From: Tubiluchus corallicola
Taxonomy: Eukaryota; Animalia; Priapulida
Assembly (NCBI GenBank): GCA_030141605.1
Contig: JAQGDQ010000112.1
Location: forward strand, 372,001-436,000
DNA length: 64,000 bases
Reading direction: 5' to 3'
The translations under genes and the position numbers were made by a program. The notes under the pieces were generated by a model that worked only from the letters and a program-made list of their open reading frames with translations, did not search any database and was not told the DNA's origin. Below, piece by piece: positions 60,721 to 64,000 of this stretch (position 1 is its first letter; each line of letters starts with the position of its first letter).

Positions 60721-61441
60721 AGCGTTAATTCTCATTCATCATTTTAAGTAAAAATCATATACTTGAAAGAATAACAACTTCTGCAGACTAAAAATTAAGA
60801 CAAAATAAAATATCTTTAATAATAAAATAGACTTTGGTTCAATGTCTATAACATTAAAATCAAAATTAAGCTTATGTCTTCATAGTATACTCAAGGCTTT
60901 AATGTATGCATTTGCTTAACTGCTGACTTAATTTGCCTTATTTTAATATTTTTATTAGAAATCTTTCAACAGACATTATTGAAGCTATTTGTACTTTACA
61001 CTAATTTTGGTACAAAAAATTTTGCATCCCCAAAGAAGCATACCTGTGCGAGGCAACTTCACATTAACAAACAGTAGTATTAAAATTATGTACAAACAAT
61101 AGTTACAAATACATTTATAGTAAAAAAAATAATCTTATCTAAATAGCATACAACTTGGAAAACTGGAATCATGTGAACTGCACATCCTTAAGTAACTATG
61201 TGAAGTCTGAAGATTTTGGTAAAAAATGTATCTAGAAGTGAAATAATCATCAAAGCAGACAAGTGGCCTGGTCATTTAAATATAAAATTACATAGCAAGC
61301 CCATGTGAAATGGCTAACTAGCTGCATAAATACACTCAACACTGACTTATATAACTGCAGATTCTATAATGTAGCAATTTACACTGTACAAAAGTTGCAG
61401 CACATTCTGAAATCTGATCACAATCCTGAATACACATAAGT

Positions 61442-62734
61442 TTATTTTCGCAAATCTATTAGTGTTACGATGGAACCATTGTCAACCTTTGCATGGTCAC
61501 TCTCACCATAGAGTAGTGGACTGTTAGGGTGAGGGTGAAAGCCTTCCACCCTGCACTGGGCAATATAGTCTAGCCCATAATCCAGGGTCAGTGAATAGAT
61601 GCCATTCTGACAATGTTTTGGTGAGCAAACAATTGCAATTGCTTCCGGCAACATAAGTTGGTAAGAACACTGAGTGTGCAAGTCGATACTTGATAAGAAA
61701 CTTGTCTGTGATGGATGAGTATGAATCCAACCTAATGTTATCAAGTCATGCCGATCTTGAAAATCAAAAATGTCTTCCTCATTTTCCGTGGTGCAAGAGT
61801 CTGACGTACCACGCTGATTAGGAATTAACAAGTGGGTAATGATAAACTTGCCGTACGACAGTTTTCCCACTAATATACCGCAAGTTTCAATATCTAATCG
61901 TGTGTTTGGCTCCGCTAGTGAAGTAAACATAGGCATGACTCGAGCAGGTACAATAACTTCCCGCAAGCTTTGCTTGTATCTTCCGTCTTCGATGGGACTA
62001 GTTAGATGTATCGGTTTTGCCATTCTAGCCACATCAGAGACGTCTTGTGCCTCTGGTGCATCATATGAAGGAGGAGGTTGATAATCTGGCTTCAATGCTC
62101 GTGGCGGTACAGCCGGTATTTGTTGCGGTACTAATGCTATGTCTGTTAGGCTCACTTCTGACGACGAGGATCGTGACTGGTCAACTTGGGCTTCCTCTGC
62201 TGCCTGTTTTTCTCGTTCCCGTTGCAAAATCATTTGCCATTCCTTCTCTTCTTGATACTTCTGCCTTTCCAGTTCTTTCTTCCTTTCCTCATCCAGCTTT
62301 GCATTTTCTAGCTCCCTTTGTTTTTCCAATTCTGCCTCTTTCTTTTTTCTTTCAGCTTCCAAAGCAATACGCTCCTCTTCCCACCTTTGTTTTTCCTCTT
62401 CATACTTTTCTAACAGCATCAATTTGACATCCTCAGCTTTTGGAAAGATTTCCTGCAACTTCTTTTTGTTCTGTGCTCTGTCTTGAGGCGTACACTCTTT
62501 ATATGAAGGGTGCTGTGGCAATTTTTCAACAAAGAGTGTAATAAACTTTGAATACAAAACGAAGGCATTTTCCAAATTTCCCTCGTCCAGATATACATTA
62601 GCCATCCTCACCATTTCTAAACCAGAACGAAAATACCGTTTGGGAGGAATTCTGTTGTCAACGTCAATCATGCTGGCAGTGGTTGCAAGATGGCGTACTC
62701 GCCCGCGTGGATCACTAACATCAATAGTTGGCAT
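61442..62734 (-). CDS. STAMBP: AMSH / STAM-binding protein, JAMM-family deubiquitinase, single-exon CDS, 430 aa
   Basis: N-terminal MIT/USP8-type domain (RYFRSGLEMVRMANVYLDEGNLENAFVLYSKFITLFVEKLP.HP.Y), coiled coil, and MPN/JAMM domain with ETCGIL and GWIHTHPSQTSFLSSIDLHT; second Zn site C..GFHPH. Confidence 0.96.
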   Translation of the reverse strand: MPTIDVSDPRGRVRHLATTASMIDVDNRIPPKRYFRSGLEMVRMANVYLDEGNLENAFVLYSKFITLFVEKLPQHPSYKECTPQDRAQNKKKLQEIFPKAEDVKLMLLEKYEEEKQRWEEERIALEAERKKKEAELEKQRELENAKLDEERKKELERQKYQEEKEWQMILQREREKQAAEEAQVDQSRSSSSEVSLTDIALVPQQIPAVPPRALKPDYQPPPSYDAPEAQDVSDVARMAKPIHLTSPIEDGRYKQSLREVIVPARVMPMFTSLAEPNTRLDIETCGILVGKLSYGKFIITHLLIPNQRGTSDSCTTENEEDIFDFQDRHDLITLGWIHTHPSQTSFLSSIDLHTQCSYQLMLPEAIAIVCSPKHCQNGIYSLTLDYGLDYIAQCRVEGFHPHPNSPLLYGESDHAKVDNGSIVTLIDLRK

Positions 62735-63797
62735 ATTGTTTAATTCTATTTAACCTTACAGAAATCACAAAGTTAAAACAATAAATCACATAGAGCGAGT
62801 TTTACAGTAAATCCTAAAAATTTTCACAAAATCGCAAAAAATCATGAACATGACTCACGCTCGCTACACTAAGGGAAATCTTTATAGCCCGTGAATGGGA
62901 TGCACGCACGCAAAACAGGCGAGACCATAGATACGAAAAATGTGACCTCAGTATGTCTCGTTAACATTAATTTATTTCAATTTTTCTTTATCCTGATTAA
63001 TAGAGTCCTGTTGCTTACAGAATAACCAGTCAATTACTGATTTAATGCATTCAATGTATATTTACCACACAATTATTGTTTTGCTCCATTATGTTCTTAT
63101 TTTCCTCGGGCAGATACATTAGGCAAAGGAGATAAATATGAAAGTAATCTCATCTAATTTTACATCCATAGAATAATATAAATAAAATTTGTAACAGTTG
63201 AATTCGTAGCAGATTATTAGCAATGGCTTTCTCTGCCAATGAAGGCACAATATGCAAAGCACCTTCACAGATAATATTTATGCCATAACACATCCGAGCT
63301 CATTATATGAATGATAATAACCAACTTTTTATGGTATTTTCTTTTTTTAAATTTAGTAATATTATTTAAAAATTGACAATAAATTGGTAGCAATTTTCCT
63401 AAGTTTACAGTTAATGTCAGTTTTCTTGCTTCATACCTTCATCATGATCATTAGTAAAACGACATCATTACTAATATGAAGGATGTTAACAACCTCAAAA
63501 AATAAATTTAACAAAAAATAAAACAAACTTCAGCACTTAAGTGGTAGTATCCTATAACAGCTCCTCTTTCTTGATAATGATGATGAAACATAGTTTCATT
63601 GACAACACTGATTTTCTCATTTACCAAACACTGAACAAAGTAATTGAACTCGATTCCTCTTAAGGTAAACTTATGTTACGATACCTTGCAGCAAGTAACA
63701 ACAAGCTTCCAGCAACAGCAACAATCTTTCAGTCAATTTACAGCAAACCTTCTTTACTCAAAATAGTACATATTAATTAGACTATTATCAGCATTCA

Positions 63798-63953
63798 TCA
63801 AAATTTGCACATGAGATTCACGATCTTCTCTAGTGCAGTTCGAGCCTCTGAATGTGGAAAACATCGTAGGACATTTAAGGCTTGCTCAGCACGTTCTGTA
63901 CACAGGCGTTTAGTGCGAGTAACAGCAGAACTGGAAGCAATCCTTGAACAAAG
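63798..63953 (-). CDS. PDSS2: Terminal coding exon of a decaprenyl-diphosphate synthase subunit 2 (PDSS2)-like gene; rest lies beyond the window
   Basis: Minus-strand acceptor ttttatgtatttttcag then LCSRIASSSAVTRTKRLCTERAEQALNVLRCFPHSEARTALEKIVNLMCKF-stop (51 aa). This matches the PDSS2 C-terminus as I recall it (..LC....[22 protein letters not shown]....RF). Confidence 0.8.
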   Translation of the reverse strand, partial: LCSRIASSSAVTRTKRLCTERAEQALNVLRCFPHSEARTALEKIVNLMCKF

Positions 63954-64000
63954 CTGAAAAATACATAAAAATTTTGACGAGGTTAGTGAAACTGAAGAAA

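Overview
AT-rich, intron-containing animal (probably invertebrate) genomic DNA, not prokaryotic. Gene models were built by hand from GT-AG junctions with consistent reading frames. (1) The 3' part of a multi-ShKT-domain gene (+). (2) Three complete, diverged copies of the ADP-ribosylhydrolase ARH3/ADPRHL2 gene (+; 367, 381 and 347 aa). All keep the Mg-binding catalytic motifs but differ at ADP-ribose-binding positions and N-termini, and copy 3 precisely lacks one intron. (3) An intronless anosmin-1/KAL1 gene with a GPI-like tail, on the - strand between copies 2 and 3. (4) An 11-exon COPS4 (+). (5) An AMSH/STAMBP gene with an intronless CDS (-), convergent with COPS4. (6) The last exon of a PDSS2-like gene (-), missed by the ORF track. 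Intergenic and intronic DNA holds many hAT, pogo-like, Ginger-like and Helitron-like non-autonomous elements, LINE fossils and microsatellites. The best candidate for new biology is the diversified ARH3 trio, together with the all-or-none pattern of intron loss in this locus. Human residue numbers are recalled from memory and should be verified by alignment.
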